This document shows positions 22,188 to 32,146 of a stretch of DNA of 35,810 bases, piece after piece (the first letter of the stretch is position 1; the number at the start of each line of letters is the position of its first letter). Location: UHGV virus genome UHGV-1374208; one strand, given 5' to 3'. Both the position numbers and the translations under genes were made by a program. The notes under the pieces are model-generated. The model was not told the origin of the DNA. It saw only the letters and a list, made by a program, of their open reading frames with translations, and did not search any database. The stretch is from a virus.

Positions 22188-24701
22188 TCAATCATCTGTA
22201 ATCCACGTGAACGCTGCGTGACGTTCTGTCCATCCGGCATTCTCCACATAAATCTTGATCCCCCCATCTTTTCCTATGCCGTATCTTCCCGTTCCAAATA
22301 TGTTAGGTCCTGAAACTTCACTATAGGGAGCAAAGAAATCCACAACCGGTCGATATCCTACTGGAATTTTCACCTCGTTGAATGGCCCGTATTCGCCACT
22401 TCCCGGAAATTGTGCAAGCATTGTGATCTTGCATGTTACCATACATCCTCTTCTTTTTAGTTCTATACGGATGTTATTAGCGGAGTTTGCACTTGTATAT
22501 GGACCTTTCACGGTGCCGGAATCGTAATTGCGATACGCATATATGCTTATACCTGGGGATACAGAATTTCTTGCATATATCATTTCATCCTCAAACTGGA
22601 TTGTCGTTGCTTTTCTCGTATTTTCATTTGTAAACATGATGTTTTGCAAGTTCACGCTCATAGTAGCTCGATCTATTGTCGGAGCCTTACCAGAGAAAGC
22701 CAAATACGCATTACTCAATGACGCAACATTTTCCACTGCTCCTTGCACGATTTTCTTGCTAATAATCTTTCCGGATGTAACATCGATAAGCATTGTTCCA
22801 TTCTTATCCTTAATAAGTCCGGCAGTTACAGTTCCAAGATCTGCCGCTATCGCACTTAAAGTCTGTGCGTTTAAGTTATCAACAGAAATATAATAGATCA
22901 CCCACTTGCTTCCATCCCATCTCTTAATCGGCTCTCCACTTGCGGTCTGCCAGAGCTGTCCTACCTTTGGATTTTCTGGTGCTGTCGGAGATATAATAAT
23001 CCCACTATCCCCTGTCTCGCCGTTATCCCCACGCACACCGATAATCACAGGCGTGGTCTTGGTTTCCGTGCTATTGGTGTACCGGATAAGGTCGTAACTC
23101 CATAGGTTTTTCTTGGTTTCGGTCATGTCTTGCTTCGTGTCCGTCCATCCCGGAGAGGATACCGTGATTCCTGTGCTTTTTTCGGATGCCAGATAATACT
23201 TGGTCACACTCTCGATTCCTACACCGTCCTTTCCGTCATCCCCGTTTTTTCCAGGTTCTCCCGGTGCTCCATCGTCCACCTTGGTGATTGTTACCTCATA
23301 ATATCCACGCCGGATTCCATTTTCAGTGGCTACAAAAGAGTATACCGCCTTGGTATCCACATCCTCTGCATTTACTGTCACGCTCCTGCCTACATAAAAC
23401 TCCTGTCCGTCTTTGCTCCAACGGAACTGCAGGTTACTTGACACGTCTGTACCGTTGTTGTAAGCGTAAGCAGTGAGAGTAGTGCTGCCAACTCCATTTT
23501 TAAAGATAACGCCGTTGTTTGTTGAGATAGAGCAAGTATAAACCTTATTTTTATTAATAAGGTCTTGCATCCTCTGTAATAAGCTGTCCGAAATTTCCGA
23601 TGTCAGCTCTTTGTAGTTTGTAAATACCGTCTTTGCAGTTTTTGGATTGGTAAGACTCCTGATCTGTTCTGATACTCTTGCCTGTAGATAAAGGACTGGT
23701 GTCCACTCCTGATCCTGCATCCTTACCGTATCCCCGATGTTGGTGTCAAAATATCCGTCCACCTCGTAAGTCACCACCGGTTCAGATGCTGTTTTAAGAT
23801 CAGACAGAGCCATGCTATAGAGCTTGTCCTTGCTGTCTGTATCGTACTCTTTACGCATCAGGATATAAGCATCAGCCTTATTTACGATGTTGGATGGGAA
23901 CCGGTCCCTTGCCTGCGGTGCGCGGATGATCGCACCGTCTGTAAAGTACTCGATATTGCCGTTTTCATCGTATTCTTTCTTGTCAAGACCATTGATTGTC
24001 AGACCGTCCTTTCCGGTCGGCTGGATGCAGGTGTAAAGCTTCTCGGCATCTGTGGTTTTTCGAATTCCGGTAATTCCTTTCCCGTACCGCAGTACAATGT
24101 CATTCCGGTATTCTCCGACTCCGCTGTCTGTATCGGAGTGTTTCCGATATACATTTAGGACAATCTCTTTTAAAGAGTAGTCTCTGTTCAGTACTGTCTC
24201 AAATTCGATCTCCGCAGAAAAAACATTGGCCAGAGAAAATAATCTCTTTAACACGGTCGTTGTGCCAGTCCATTCGTTGGTAATCCGTTTGTCCGACACC
24301 TCATTGAGTCCCAATTTAAGCGTTCTCTCAGCGTCAAACACGGCAAGGTACTCTTCAAAGCTCATTGCCCTTCCGGCTTTGTATTCGCCAGCATCCTCGT
24401 TAATAAGCTCAAACGACAGCGACCATGCCGTAGCAGTAATTGTCTTCTCCGTCTGATCGGTATTTACAATATTTAAGTAGTATGATCTGCCTTTGTAAGT
24501 AAATGCCACCTTGTTTCCGACTGTAATATGCTCTGCGTCTGGATGTTTGGCATTAACTGTAAAGGTGCATGTGTTCGCTGCTCCCTGTAAATATTCGTGT
24601 AGCTCATCATCCCAGTAGTGCATGGACTTTTTGTGTGCATTATCCATAAATGCTACAGGCGTGTTATTTGCACTTAAAATTGCAATTCTAATACTGTCCA
24701 T
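22188..24701 (-). CDS. Tail-associated lysin/tail fibre protein (Tal) with collagen-like G-X-Y repeats
   Basis: The 837-aa protein follows Dit. Its N-terminal region resembles prophage tail endopeptidase proteins. Collagen-like tracts are GAPGEPGKNGDDGKDG and GVRGDNGETGDSG. The C-terminal distal domain is likely receptor-binding. Confidence 0.7.
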   Translation of the reverse strand: MDSIRIAILSANNTPVAFMDNAHKKSMHYWDDELHEYLQGAANTCTFTVNAKHPDAEHITVGNKVAFTYKGRSYYLNIVNTDQTEKTITATAWSLSFELINEDAGEYKAGRAMSFEEYLAVFDAERTLKLGLNEVSDKRITNEWTGTTTVLKRLFSLANVFSAEIEFETVLNRDYSLKEIVLNVYRKHSDTDSGVGEYRNDIVLRYGKGITGIRKTTDAEKLYTCIQPTGKDGLTINGLDKKEYDENGNIEYFTDGAIIRAPQARDRFPSNIVNKADAYILMRKEYDTDSKDKLYSMALSDLKTASEPVVTYEVDGYFDTNIGDTVRMQDQEWTPVLYLQARVSEQIRSLTNPKTAKTVFTNYKELTSEISDSLLQRMQDLINKNKVYTCSISTNNGVIFKNGVGSTTLTAYAYNNGTDVSSNLQFRWSKDGQEFYVGRSVTVNAEDVDTKAVYSFVATENGIRRGYYEVTITKVDDGAPGEPGKNGDDGKDGVGIESVTKYYLASEKSTGITVSSPGWTDTKQDMTETKKNLWSYDLIRYTNSTETKTTPVIIGVRGDNGETGDSGIIISPTAPENPKVGQLWQTASGEPIKRWDGSKWVIYYISVDNLNAQTLSAIAADLGTVTAGLIKDKNGTMLIDVTSGKIISKKIVQGAVENVASLSNAYLAFSGKAPTIDRATMSVNLQNIMFTNENTRKATTIQFEDEMIYARNSVSPGISIYAYRNYDSGTVKGPYTSANSANNIRIELKRRGCMVTCKITMLAQFPGSGEYGPFNEVKIPVGYRPVVDFFAPYSEVSGPNIFGTGRYGIGKDGGIKIYVENAGWTERHAAFTWITDD

Positions 24702-26173
24702 TACAAGTAAACCTCCCGTATTTTTGCTTTAATCTGTGGCGGCGGAGAGGAGAAAGAAGAGTAGCAGAACTGCACTTCCGTTGTTCCAGGTGGAACTTTT
24801 GGATAATTGGATCCATTAATCTCATCTCCTTTTGCCGGCATCCCGTTTACATAGACCTTTGTACTCTCTCCGTCTATAGTCACCACGTCACCGGCACGAT
24901 ACCGGTTCGGCACATCTCTGTATTTTTCCACGTTATCTTTGCGGAACCAGATACTTTTTAAATAATTGTGTGTGACCAGCTGATTTCCAAGATCTCTACT
25001 TCCCCACTGCCCGATCCAGACCTGTATCTTCTCACACACCATGTCTTTAATCTCCGGGATAGTAAAGTAATAATACTGACCGTACCAAAAGATCCGTAGC
25101 CTGTCACCCTCTTTTAAAAAATCATTATGCCCGCCACCCATCTTTAAATTAAACGGGTTTCCCTCATAAGCTGTCGGCTGGAAATCCAGTGTCTTGATCT
25201 TCTTGTTTTGTGGTGCGAACCAGTCCACATGTGCCGTATTGCCAACCGTATCACTCTTGTTAATAGACATGGCGCATATCACCTTGTTATCTCCAGTCAG
25301 GAATGCAATGGTCTGTGCTCCTGTCTGCCCCATCAAGCCGGTTTCGAACCAGTGCTGGGTGTAACAGTAAAAGTTCTTCGCTCCACGTCTGCCCTCGCTG
25401 TCCACCGGGATAGTAAGGGTTTTCATTCCACCGTTCCAGTATCCGGATGTTGCTTGTCCACCTTTTAATGCCATCACATTGTATCCAGCAACATTCTTGA
25501 CTTCAAGTGTTCCCTGTGTGGTGTTTTCCGGATTCTGATAGGAGGTCCCATGATCGTCTTGAAACAGACTGTAACCGTTAAACAGTTCTTCAGATGCTTC
25601 GTAATTCTCTCCGTCCGCCTCTTCTTGCTTGCCTAGCTGGATCACTCCATACTGGCTGACCAATCCAATAAACCCGTTTTCATGCTGGTGCGTGATCTCG
25701 TAGTCCACATCCGCCCATTCGGTGCCGTTGTTTTGGATGGTAATTGTCTGGTAGCCGCTCTGCTGGACTCCATAAAAGTCGAATTCTGCGGTGGAGTATG
25801 CTACCCCGTCAGGGATGAGCCATGTGATCGTGCCTTTCCCAAACATTGCAACCTGTGTTATATCAAAATTACCGTCAGGGACAGCATAAAAATAGCGATC
25901 CGGATAATTCCCAAACACAAGCCTTTTCGGCTCTGTGACGTTCAGGATTTTCTGAATCGCGTCATAGCTTGCCAAGATATCGCCTTTAATTTCAAAGGGC
26001 ATTTCAAGCGTCTTTGATTTATATGTTATGTAGCCAAAATCCTCTCCTTTTGCACTTTCTGCTCCGTCAAGGAGTTCCGACTCTCTATTTACTCCGCTAA
26101 ACGGAGAGAACCCGGACAATACACTTAAGTATCGCCCGAGTTCCTGATCGTCAAATTTTACTGATAGGCTCAA
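24701..26173 (-). CDS. Distal tail protein (Dit), extended form
   Basis: The 490-aa protein is encoded directly after the TMP gene with overlapping stop/start. Its size suggests an evolved Dit with an inserted carbohydrate-binding module. Confidence 0.6.
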   Translation of the reverse strand: MSLSVKFDDQELGRYLSVLSGFSPFSGVNRESELLDGAESAKGEDFGYITYKSKTLEMPFEIKGDILASYDAIQKILNVTEPKRLVFGNYPDRYFYAVPDGNFDITQVAMFGKGTITWLIPDGVAYSTAEFDFYGVQQSGYQTITIQNNGTEWADVDYEITHQHENGFIGLVSQYGVIQLGKQEEADGENYEASEELFNGYSLFQDDHGTSYQNPENTTQGTLEVKNVAGYNVMALKGGQATSGYWNGGMKTLTIPVDSEGRRGAKNFYCYTQHWFETGLMGQTGAQTIAFLTGDNKVICAMSINKSDTVGNTAHVDWFAPQNKKIKTLDFQPTAYEGNPFNLKMGGGHNDFLKEGDRLRIFWYGQYYYFTIPEIKDMVCEKIQVWIGQWGSRDLGNQLVTHNYLKSIWFRKDNVEKYRDVPNRYRAGDVVTIDGESTKVYVNGMPAKGDEINGSNYPKVPPGTTEVQFCYSSFSSPPPQIKAKIREVYL

Positions 26174-28053
26174 TTTCTATCCCCTCCTAACATCTTCCGA
26201 AAACTAGAATTCTTTTCTATTTGTTTTTCCATTGGTGTTGCGAGTACTCTGGATGTCTCTACGGAATCGATTTTATTGATAATTTCAAGCGGCCGGTTTG
26301 CGAGTCTAGATAATCGATCTACCGCGTAGAGTAGCTCACCATTATCTGTCGTTCTGACTGCCGATCTGGAAGCAACATATCCACTTGCTGTCGGTCTTGC
26401 AGACGTTGTAACACCAAGAGCAGCTCCCTGTATCCGGGACACCATCTTGTTTGCCTGTTTTTCCATGTCTTTGTACGGGATATTATCCTTAAATCCAACC
26501 CCGATACCGAGAGCTATGTTTTTCCCGACCTGATCCCTAAATACACGAGATGGGGAATGAATTCCAAGTTTGCTTTTAACCCAATTCAGGGCATCTGTAG
26601 CAGCGCCCACAGCGGCATCTACTAGCTGTCCAGCCGCAGAAGCGACACCGGATGCAATGCCCTTTATGATGTTAACTCCAACGCTGAGCCAATCTACACT
26701 CAAAAAAGCATCTTTTATCGCAGAGATGATCTGTGGTATTTTCCCAACCAGGTTCGGTATTGCTCGAATCAAACCAGAGGCTAACTCTCCGATAATTTTA
26801 ATTCCTGTGGATAAAATCTGTGGAAGATTACTTGCAATGCTTGCTATAAAACGTGCTATCGCCTGAGCTGCAGCTGATATGATAGCCGGTAGATTGTTTA
26901 TAATTCCATCCACAAGACGTAAAATCATCTGGACACCGGATTGCAATACTGACGGAAGTGATGACAAGAGTCCATTTACAAAATTTGTAATTACCGCCGC
27001 TCCCTGCGTAATCAACTGTGGGAGGTTTTGCAGGATGCCAAGAGTAAGTTGTGTTACAATCTCAAAGCCTTTGGTGAGCAGTGTCGGAATCCCAGTTGCA
27101 ATTCCAAGCAGAAACTGGTTCAGCAGTTCCATTCCAGTAGAAATAAGCAACGGAGCATTTTCCATTATTCCGGCAAACAATCCATTTACAATGTTTCCGG
27201 CAGCCTGAATCATACCGGAAACGCCATTTTCCTCAAATCCTTGCGTAAGCTGCTCAATCGCGCTGATCGCCGCAGGTAATAACGATTCCGTGAGTCCATC
27301 AGATATAGGTTTAACAACTTCGCCTAAGAGCTGTTGTGCATTGTCTTTCAGGGTTGAGATGAGTCCGCTAAACGTCTGACTCTGCTTCTCCATGCTTTGG
27401 AAATACTTACCGCCCTCAGATGTTGCTCTCTGCATGGAAGCGGTAATCTCATCCACAGAGATTGTCCCTTTGCTGATCCTGTCATACAAGGATGCCATTG
27501 ACTCCCCTGTACTCTCGGAAATCTCCTGCAATGGGTTAAATCCAGCTTCAATCATCTGCTTGACATCTTCCAGATACACTTTTCCGGCGGATGACATCTG
27601 TCCGTAAGCAGTGGCAATTCTGGACATCTTATCAGCTGAGCCTTGCGAGATATCACCAAGCATCATCATTTTGTCCATGGCTTCGTCTGCACTAAAACCA
27701 TAATTCATCAACAGCTGTGTAGTATCTGCTAAATCCTGAAGTTCAAACGGCGTTTCCGCTCCTACTTTCTTCAATTTGTCGATTACTTCCGCTGCTTTTT
27801 CCGCGGATCCAGTCATAACCTCAAATGATGTCTGGTAAGACTCTATGGATGCATTGTATTTTACTCCGGCTACAACACCAGCTCCAAGCGCAGCCGTCAC
27901 AGCACCAACCGCAGCAACTGCCACTCCTGCACCTTTCTTGGCTATTCCACCAAGTTTGGAAATTCCGGAATTAAATCCAGATTCATTTATTTCCGTGTCA
28001 AATTTTAATGAGCCATCATAACCCATACTATCCCTCCTATTCTTGGATAGCAC
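26170..28053 (-). CDS. Tape measure protein
   Basis: The 627-aa protein has a glycine/alanine-rich TM-like stretch near the N-terminus and a long helical repeat-rich region (…GIASGVASAAGQLVDAAVGAATDALNWVKSKLGIHSPS). It follows the tail chaperones. Confidence 0.85.
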   Translation of the reverse strand: MLSKNRRDSMGYDGSLKFDTEINESGFNSGISKLGGIAKKGAGVAVAAVGAVTAALGAGVVAGVKYNASIESYQTSFEVMTGSAEKAAEVIDKLKKVGAETPFELQDLADTTQLLMNYGFSADEAMDKMMMLGDISQGSADKMSRIATAYGQMSSAGKVYLEDVKQMIEAGFNPLQEISESTGESMASLYDRISKGTISVDEITASMQRATSEGGKYFQSMEKQSQTFSGLISTLKDNAQQLLGEVVKPISDGLTESLLPAAISAIEQLTQGFEENGVSGMIQAAGNIVNGLFAGIMENAPLLISTGMELLNQFLLGIATGIPTLLTKGFEIVTQLTLGILQNLPQLITQGAAVITNFVNGLLSSLPSVLQSGVQMILRLVDGIINNLPAIISAAAQAIARFIASIASNLPQILSTGIKIIGELASGLIRAIPNLVGKIPQIISAIKDAFLSVDWLSVGVNIIKGIASGVASAAGQLVDAAVGAATDALNWVKSKLGIHSPSRVFRDQVGKNIALGIGVGFKDNIPYKDMEKQANKMVSRIQGAALGVTTSARPTASGYVASRSAVRTTDNGELLYAVDRLSRLANRPLEIINKIDSVETSRVLATPMEKQIEKNSSFRKMLGGDRN

Positions 28054-28078
28054 AGGCTCATAGGCTCACTTAAGTGCT

Positions 28079-28225
28079 TTATTTCTTAATTTCTATTTCT
28101 TTCTTACAAGTCCGACATTTTACGTAGATACCGTGGCTTTTGGCTGTATTGTCTGCAATAGCAAGTTTGCAGCCGCACACAGGGCATCTAATCCAATCTC
28201 GGACTAATATTGGTTCTTTTTTCAT
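28079..28225 (-). CDS. Small zinc-ribbon protein (48 aa) between tail chaperone and tape measure genes
   Basis: ATG 28225 has an RBS AGGTGGA 4 nt upstream. The product is MKKEPILVRDWIRCPVCGCKLAIADNTAKSHGIYVKCRTCKKEIEIKK (CxxCxC...CxxC). It is not in the ORF track. Confidence 0.4.
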   Translation of the reverse strand: MKKEPILVRDWIRCPVCGCKLAIADNTAKSHGIYVKCRTCKKEIEIKK

Positions 28226-28232
28226 GATCCAC

Positions 28233-28787
28233 CTACATAAAAGCGTCACCGATTTCAAAATCAGTCAATTCTTCCTGTTTTAACTCGATCAGTTTTTTAA
28301 TTTTCTGGATTCTCTTTTTCTCTTCCGGATCTTTAACTTCGCTCAGATCAATCCCTCTGTACATAATTCTTTTCTTGATCTCATTGTCCTCTGATAATCC
28401 ATCAAAAAGCATTCGAAATTTCCACCAGTGCAGATATTTAATATCAATCAGGTCGATTCCGTAATCGCGCAAAAATGCTGATAATATATAGGGATAATCG
28501 ATGGGAAAAGAAAAAAGATTCTTTTGCCTCACTGTTCCGGTTTGACTGACTTCTCCGTCTGAAAAATCAGCACTCATAAAGTCGCATAATGCGTCAATTG
28601 CAGGCTGCGATATTTCGATATCGTCAAGGAAATACTCACTCAAAATCAACAGCTTATCCACAGACTTGACATCTTTATCTTTTAACATGTCCAAAAGAGA
28701 AATATACTCTCGAAAATCGGTTCTGATTCTCACAGGCTTTCCATTTACAATTACCGATGTCGGGAGTGATTCATAGAAGAGGTTCAT
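28233..28787 (-). CDS. Tail assembly chaperone (gp15/GT-like position)
   Basis: The 184-aa acidic protein lies between the major tail protein and TMP genes. Its ATG overlaps the upstream TGA (ATGA). Confidence 0.5.
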   Translation of the reverse strand: MNLFYESLPTSVIVNGKPVRIRTDFREYISLLDMLKDKDVKSVDKLLILSEYFLDDIEISQPAIDALCDFMSADFSDGEVSQTGTVRQKNLFSFPIDYPYILSAFLRDYGIDLIDIKYLHWWKFRMLFDGLSEDNEIKKRIMYRGIDLSEVKDPEEKKRIQKIKKLIELKQEELTDFEIGDAFM

Positions 28788-29146
28788 CGGTTCTTATTCG
28801 CCCCTCTCCTAGCTTTCCTGTTTGGTGTATATTTGTTTACCATACTGTTATATCTGGACTGCTCGCTGTTCCGTAAATCAAACAGTGAATTGGCGGCCTT
28901 AACTCTCATGTCCATGCTGTTTTTCCCTAGAAACATTTTTTCGCTTGTTCCGTCTCCGAATAATCGGTCATAGAAATCATTAAAAACCTTGCATTGCGCC
29001 CTCGTAATCTCGGACACTTTTCCAACTTTCGGCACTTTTTCGGATTCCTCAACCATTTTTTTGTAGCAGCCCTCAAATTTTTCCATAAAATCTGCGTCTG
29101 TAAAATCGATGTCTGTTTCAAAATTATTAAATTTCCACTGGCTCAT
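28784..29146 (-). CDS. Tail assembly chaperone (gpG-like position)
   Basis: The 120-aa protein is encoded directly downstream of the major tail protein gene. Confidence 0.45.
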   Translation of the reverse strand: MSQWKFNNFETDIDFTDADFMEKFEGCYKKMVEESEKVPKVGKVSEITRAQCKVFNDFYDRLFGDGTSEKMFLGKNSMDMRVKAANSLFDLRNSEQSRYNSMVNKYTPNRKARRGANKNR

Positions 29147-29201
29147 TGGCTCACTCTCCTATTCTTTCCTGTGTTTTTTGCCACCTTAAAATCGGCGGCA
29201 G

Positions 29202-29726
29202 CTACTCCCCCATGTAATCACCCTTAGTGTAAGTGACTGTCTTAGATGTAATATCAGTCTCTGTAACATATCCTTCCTCGATGTCGGACACAGATTTAAG
29301 AGATCCGCTATACACAAGCGCATCCGTTCCGTCTCCGTCCGAATCCGGGATAACCGCATAGGTTCTTTTTGTAGCGTAACACTTATCGCCCTTGTCACTT
29401 TTCTTGAAGAAATCGACAACTACAACCTCTACATGTGCGTCATCTCCAAGTTTTTCACCATCGTGGATTGTTGCGATTTTTTCGTGTACCGGGTTGTTTG
29501 TGTACCGGTCAAACGAATATTCAATTGCCGGCGCGTACCCCACAACGTCTGCACGCTCCGCGATCTCATCCACGTACTGTCTGGAATACTCTTTCGGGTT
29601 TTTCCCGTTTGTCATTGTTGTAAAATTCGTCATGCGTTCGAATTTTGGTGAGCTTCCAGTAGCGTCCGTGTTCATGTATGCCACCCGTTTGTGGCGTCCA
29701 ACTAATTCAGACTTTTTCTCTGACAT
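29202..29726 (-). CDS. Major tail protein
   Basis: The 174-aa product from ATG 29726 (MSEKK) has a strong RBS CAGGAGGT. Its position, size and Thr/Gly-rich composition are typical of siphovirus major tail proteins. Confidence 0.65.
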   Translation of the reverse strand: MSEKKSELVGRHKRVAYMNTDATGSSPKFERMTNFTTMTNGKNPKEYSRQYVDEIAERADVVGYAPAIEYSFDRYTNNPVHEKIATIHDGEKLGDDAHVEVVVVDFFKKSDKGDKCYATKRTYAVIPDSDGDGTDALVYSGSLKSVSDIEEGYVTETDITSKTVTYTKGDYMGE

Positions 29727-29728
29727 AT

Positions 29729-30148
29729 TTATACCTCCTGTGCATAAATTAAACGGCACTCTATGCGATACTTGGCATTTTCACCATTCATATCGTACAG
29801 ATAGCCGCTGTTTAAAGTTTCGATCGATATTGGATTCTTCTTTTCTCCGAGTTCCGGCAGATTCCCATTAAAACTCTGCTGTTCCAGCCATTCTTCAAAG
29901 CTCTGAAAGAATCCGCTGTTCTCGATGTTGATTCTTGCGTCCTGATCGTATTCCTCTTGGCTTGTAAATGCAAACTGAAACTGCTTTTTTGCTCCACCAT
30001 CCATATATCTCTGGATAATTGGATCACACGGAAGAGGGTCGATTGAATATCCCATATCTGTTCCGATATAGTCCACATTTACACGCCCATCACTTAAAAA
30101 CGGGCACATGAGGATGTACGATCTGACACTGTCAGTGAGATTTGACAT
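29729..30148 (-). CDS. Tail component (tail terminator-like position)
   Basis: The 139-aa ORF lies between the head-tail joining genes and the major tail protein gene. Confidence 0.45.
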   Translation of the reverse strand: MSNLTDSVRSYILMCPFLSDGRVNVDYIGTDMGYSIDPLPCDPIIQRYMDGGAKKQFQFAFTSQEEYDQDARINIENSGFFQSFEEWLEQQSFNGNLPELGEKKNPISIETLNSGYLYDMNGENAKYRIECRLIYAQEV

Positions 30149-30533
30149 AGTTCGCCGCTCCTTTCAGTATAGAGTCTTTGTGACGATTTTTCATACGCTC
30201 AAACCATCGTGATTTTTCCTTATGCTCATAATATTGTCTACGTGCATAAGGTGCAATCTGATTGATCTCACCACTTCCAATTACGGTGCCAAGGGTTGGT
30301 GACTTAACCAGTACTCCTGTCCGTCTTGGAGTCTCCGGGTTCATACGCCGGATGCACTCAGAATCAACAAACTCCTGTGCATTTGCGAAACCGGATTCCA
30401 TATTCGGTCTAAAGTTCGGATTCCAGTCGAGTCTCGCTATTGTCCTTCCTTTCAAATTTCCCTTGGAAATCGTGTAAGTTGATATCTTACCTCTCGGCGT
30501 CTCAATCTGGAATTTTTTCTTTCCTTTTGCCAT
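30132..30533 (-). CDS. Head-tail joining protein (HK97 gp10-like position)
   Basis: The 133-aa basic protein is the third gene after the capsid gene. Confidence 0.45.
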   Translation of the reverse strand: MAKGKKKFQIETPRGKISTYTISKGNLKGRTIARLDWNPNFRPNMESGFANAQEFVDSECIRRMNPETPRRTGVLVKSPTLGTVIGSGEINQIAPYARRQYYEHKEKSRWFERMKNRHKDSILKGAANYVKSH

Positions 30534-30868
30534 TACACTCCCACCACCTTTATATGCGGATTGCCGCCAAAAGTATTGTAGTTTGCAGATGTAATTCTAG
30601 TCTTGTCCAGTCCGTCCAAGTCCTTAATCGTCTGCATGTCAACCTTGCAATCACCTTTTACAAGGTAATCATCTTTCTTAATTTTCACGCTCGTATCCGG
30701 GATTCTGACAGTGTAAGTGTCCGCTTGCTTTAATCCATCTGTCGTGATCTGCGACTTTTCATTTTTATACCACCATACCTCAGGTATGTAAGCTCGCTCC
30801 CACTCATCCAGTCTGGTTTCAGAGTTGTACTTTCTGCTGTACAGTGTTGCATCTGTGTTGGTTATCAT
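30533..30868 (-). CDS. Head closure / head-tail joining protein
   Basis: The 111-aa ORF is the second gene after the capsid gene, with overlapping stop/start. Confidence 0.45.
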   Translation of the reverse strand: MITNTDATLYSRKYNSETRLDEWERAYIPEVWWYKNEKSQITTDGLKQADTYTVRIPDTSVKIKKDDYLVKGDCKVDMQTIKDLDGLDKTRITSANYNTFGGNPHIKVVGV

Positions 30869-31254
30869 GATTCTACCCCCATATACAAGAGTCTGGTCGG
30901 CTCAAGATAAAGCAACAATGTATCAAATATATTCCTTTTAAGCAGATCGTCTGTTGTTTCTCCATTTCCTCCGCTTTCGTAGCTGACGGAGTATCCATCC
31001 GTGTTTTCAGATGTGACCACACGTCCAGAATGCTTGCTTCTGACCTTTTCATCATTGGCAATCAAATCGCAGACAGCGCAGGTGGCAAGCTTTACTTCTT
31101 CCATTTCCATATTGTCATCAGCGCGCCCGAAGGTAATCCTTCGGACATAAGCTGATGCTGGAATAACAGATTTATCAAATTCTTCATCTGTTAAATTTCC
31201 CCTATATTCAGAGACGTAAAATGTATAATCCGCATACAAGTTCATTTGCATCAA
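30865..31254 (-). CDS. Head-tail connector/adaptor (gp6/gp15-like position)
   Basis: The 129-aa ORF is encoded directly after the major capsid protein gene. Confidence 0.5.
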   Translation of the reverse strand: MMQMNLYADYTFYVSEYRGNLTDEEFDKSVIPASAYVRRITFGRADDNMEMEEVKLATCAVCDLIANDEKVRSKHSGRVVTSENTDGYSVSYESGGNGETTDDLLKRNIFDTLLLYLEPTRLLYMGVES

Positions 31255-31263
31255 CTCCTATTT

Positions 31264-32121
31264 CTACTCCACTGCAGTATGTACATAGATAGCCACTTTC
31301 TTGTTATCTTTCGCCTCTGCGATACCTACGGTACGATATCCGAACTTCCAAGCATCTGCATCCTGATTCACTTCCGGAGTAATGATCTTAGATACAGTGT
31401 GCTTCTGATTCTGGATTACTGCATTCTTGTCAACAATCAAGAAATCAATCTTCTTACCGCCTGTTGTTGTAAAGCCGCCGGCTCCAGATGCTGTCAACGT
31501 GACTTTGTCGAAAAATCTTCCCTCAGGAACTTCAATCACTCCAGCCCAGCCTTCCAGAACTTTCTTGGATGCCGTTGTATCAAGGTCCTCAATATCCCCT
31601 TTGAGTGCGGCAGAGATATACAGATAACAGGTTTCCGGCTTTGCCTCCGCATTTTTAATAGCGGTCTTGCCTTTTCTAATTGCTGCAATTCCGGCTTTAG
31701 CATCTGCAATCGCTGCTGCCACTTTATTAGCAGATAGTGCGTATCCTGCATAAGATGCAAGCCTCCAAGCGTCAAGCTCCGGAACAACCTGTGTTCTCAA
31801 AAATTCTCCAGAAAGACGTCCGAAGGCAACACCTGCAGACTCGATATTGTCCATAGCGTCCACAGTGAACATACGGCCTCGATCATAAGTACATTTCTTA
31901 GTCTCGTACTCAAGTGTCACGTCACCTGCAACATATCCTGTCTGCTTATTGTAATTTGCAAGACCGGACATCGTCATTTTCGGAATCAAAATTTCATTTG
32001 CGTTTGCACCCTCTTTTACAAGTTCGTTTGGACCGTCTAATACGGCTGTAAGGGATGCCAGTTTATAAACCTCATCAAGCATAGTAGAATATGCTTTTCT
32101 TAATGCAATTGTATTTGTCAT
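31264..32121 (-). CDS. Major capsid protein
   Basis: The 285-aa protein is encoded directly after the scaffold gene. Its size and composition are typical of small siphovirus coat proteins. Confidence 0.75.
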   Translation of the reverse strand: MTNTIALRKAYSTMLDEVYKLASLTAVLDGPNELVKEGANANEILIPKMTMSGLANYNKQTGYVAGDVTLEYETKKCTYDRGRMFTVDAMDNIESAGVAFGRLSGEFLRTQVVPELDAWRLASYAGYALSANKVAAAIADAKAGIAAIRKGKTAIKNAEAKPETCYLYISAALKGDIEDLDTTASKKVLEGWAGVIEVPEGRFFDKVTLTASGAGGFTTTGGKKIDFLIVDKNAVIQNQKHTVSKIITPEVNQDADAWKFGYRTVGIAEAKDNKKVAIYVHTAVE

Positions 32122-32146
32122 ATCTTTTTACCTCATTCTTTCAAAA

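Noticed and set aside
22188-24701. Diversity-generating retroelement targeting the tail fibre
   Set aside because: There is no reverse transcriptase ORF (no YxDD-containing protein) anywhere in the window. No template/variable repeat pair was seen near the Tal C-terminus.
28233-29146. Programmed -1 frameshift between the two tail chaperone genes (G/GT arrangement)
   Set aside because: The second ORF has its own ATG overlapping the upstream TGA (ATGA). No slippery heptamer was found near the end of the first ORF, so they are called as two separate genes.
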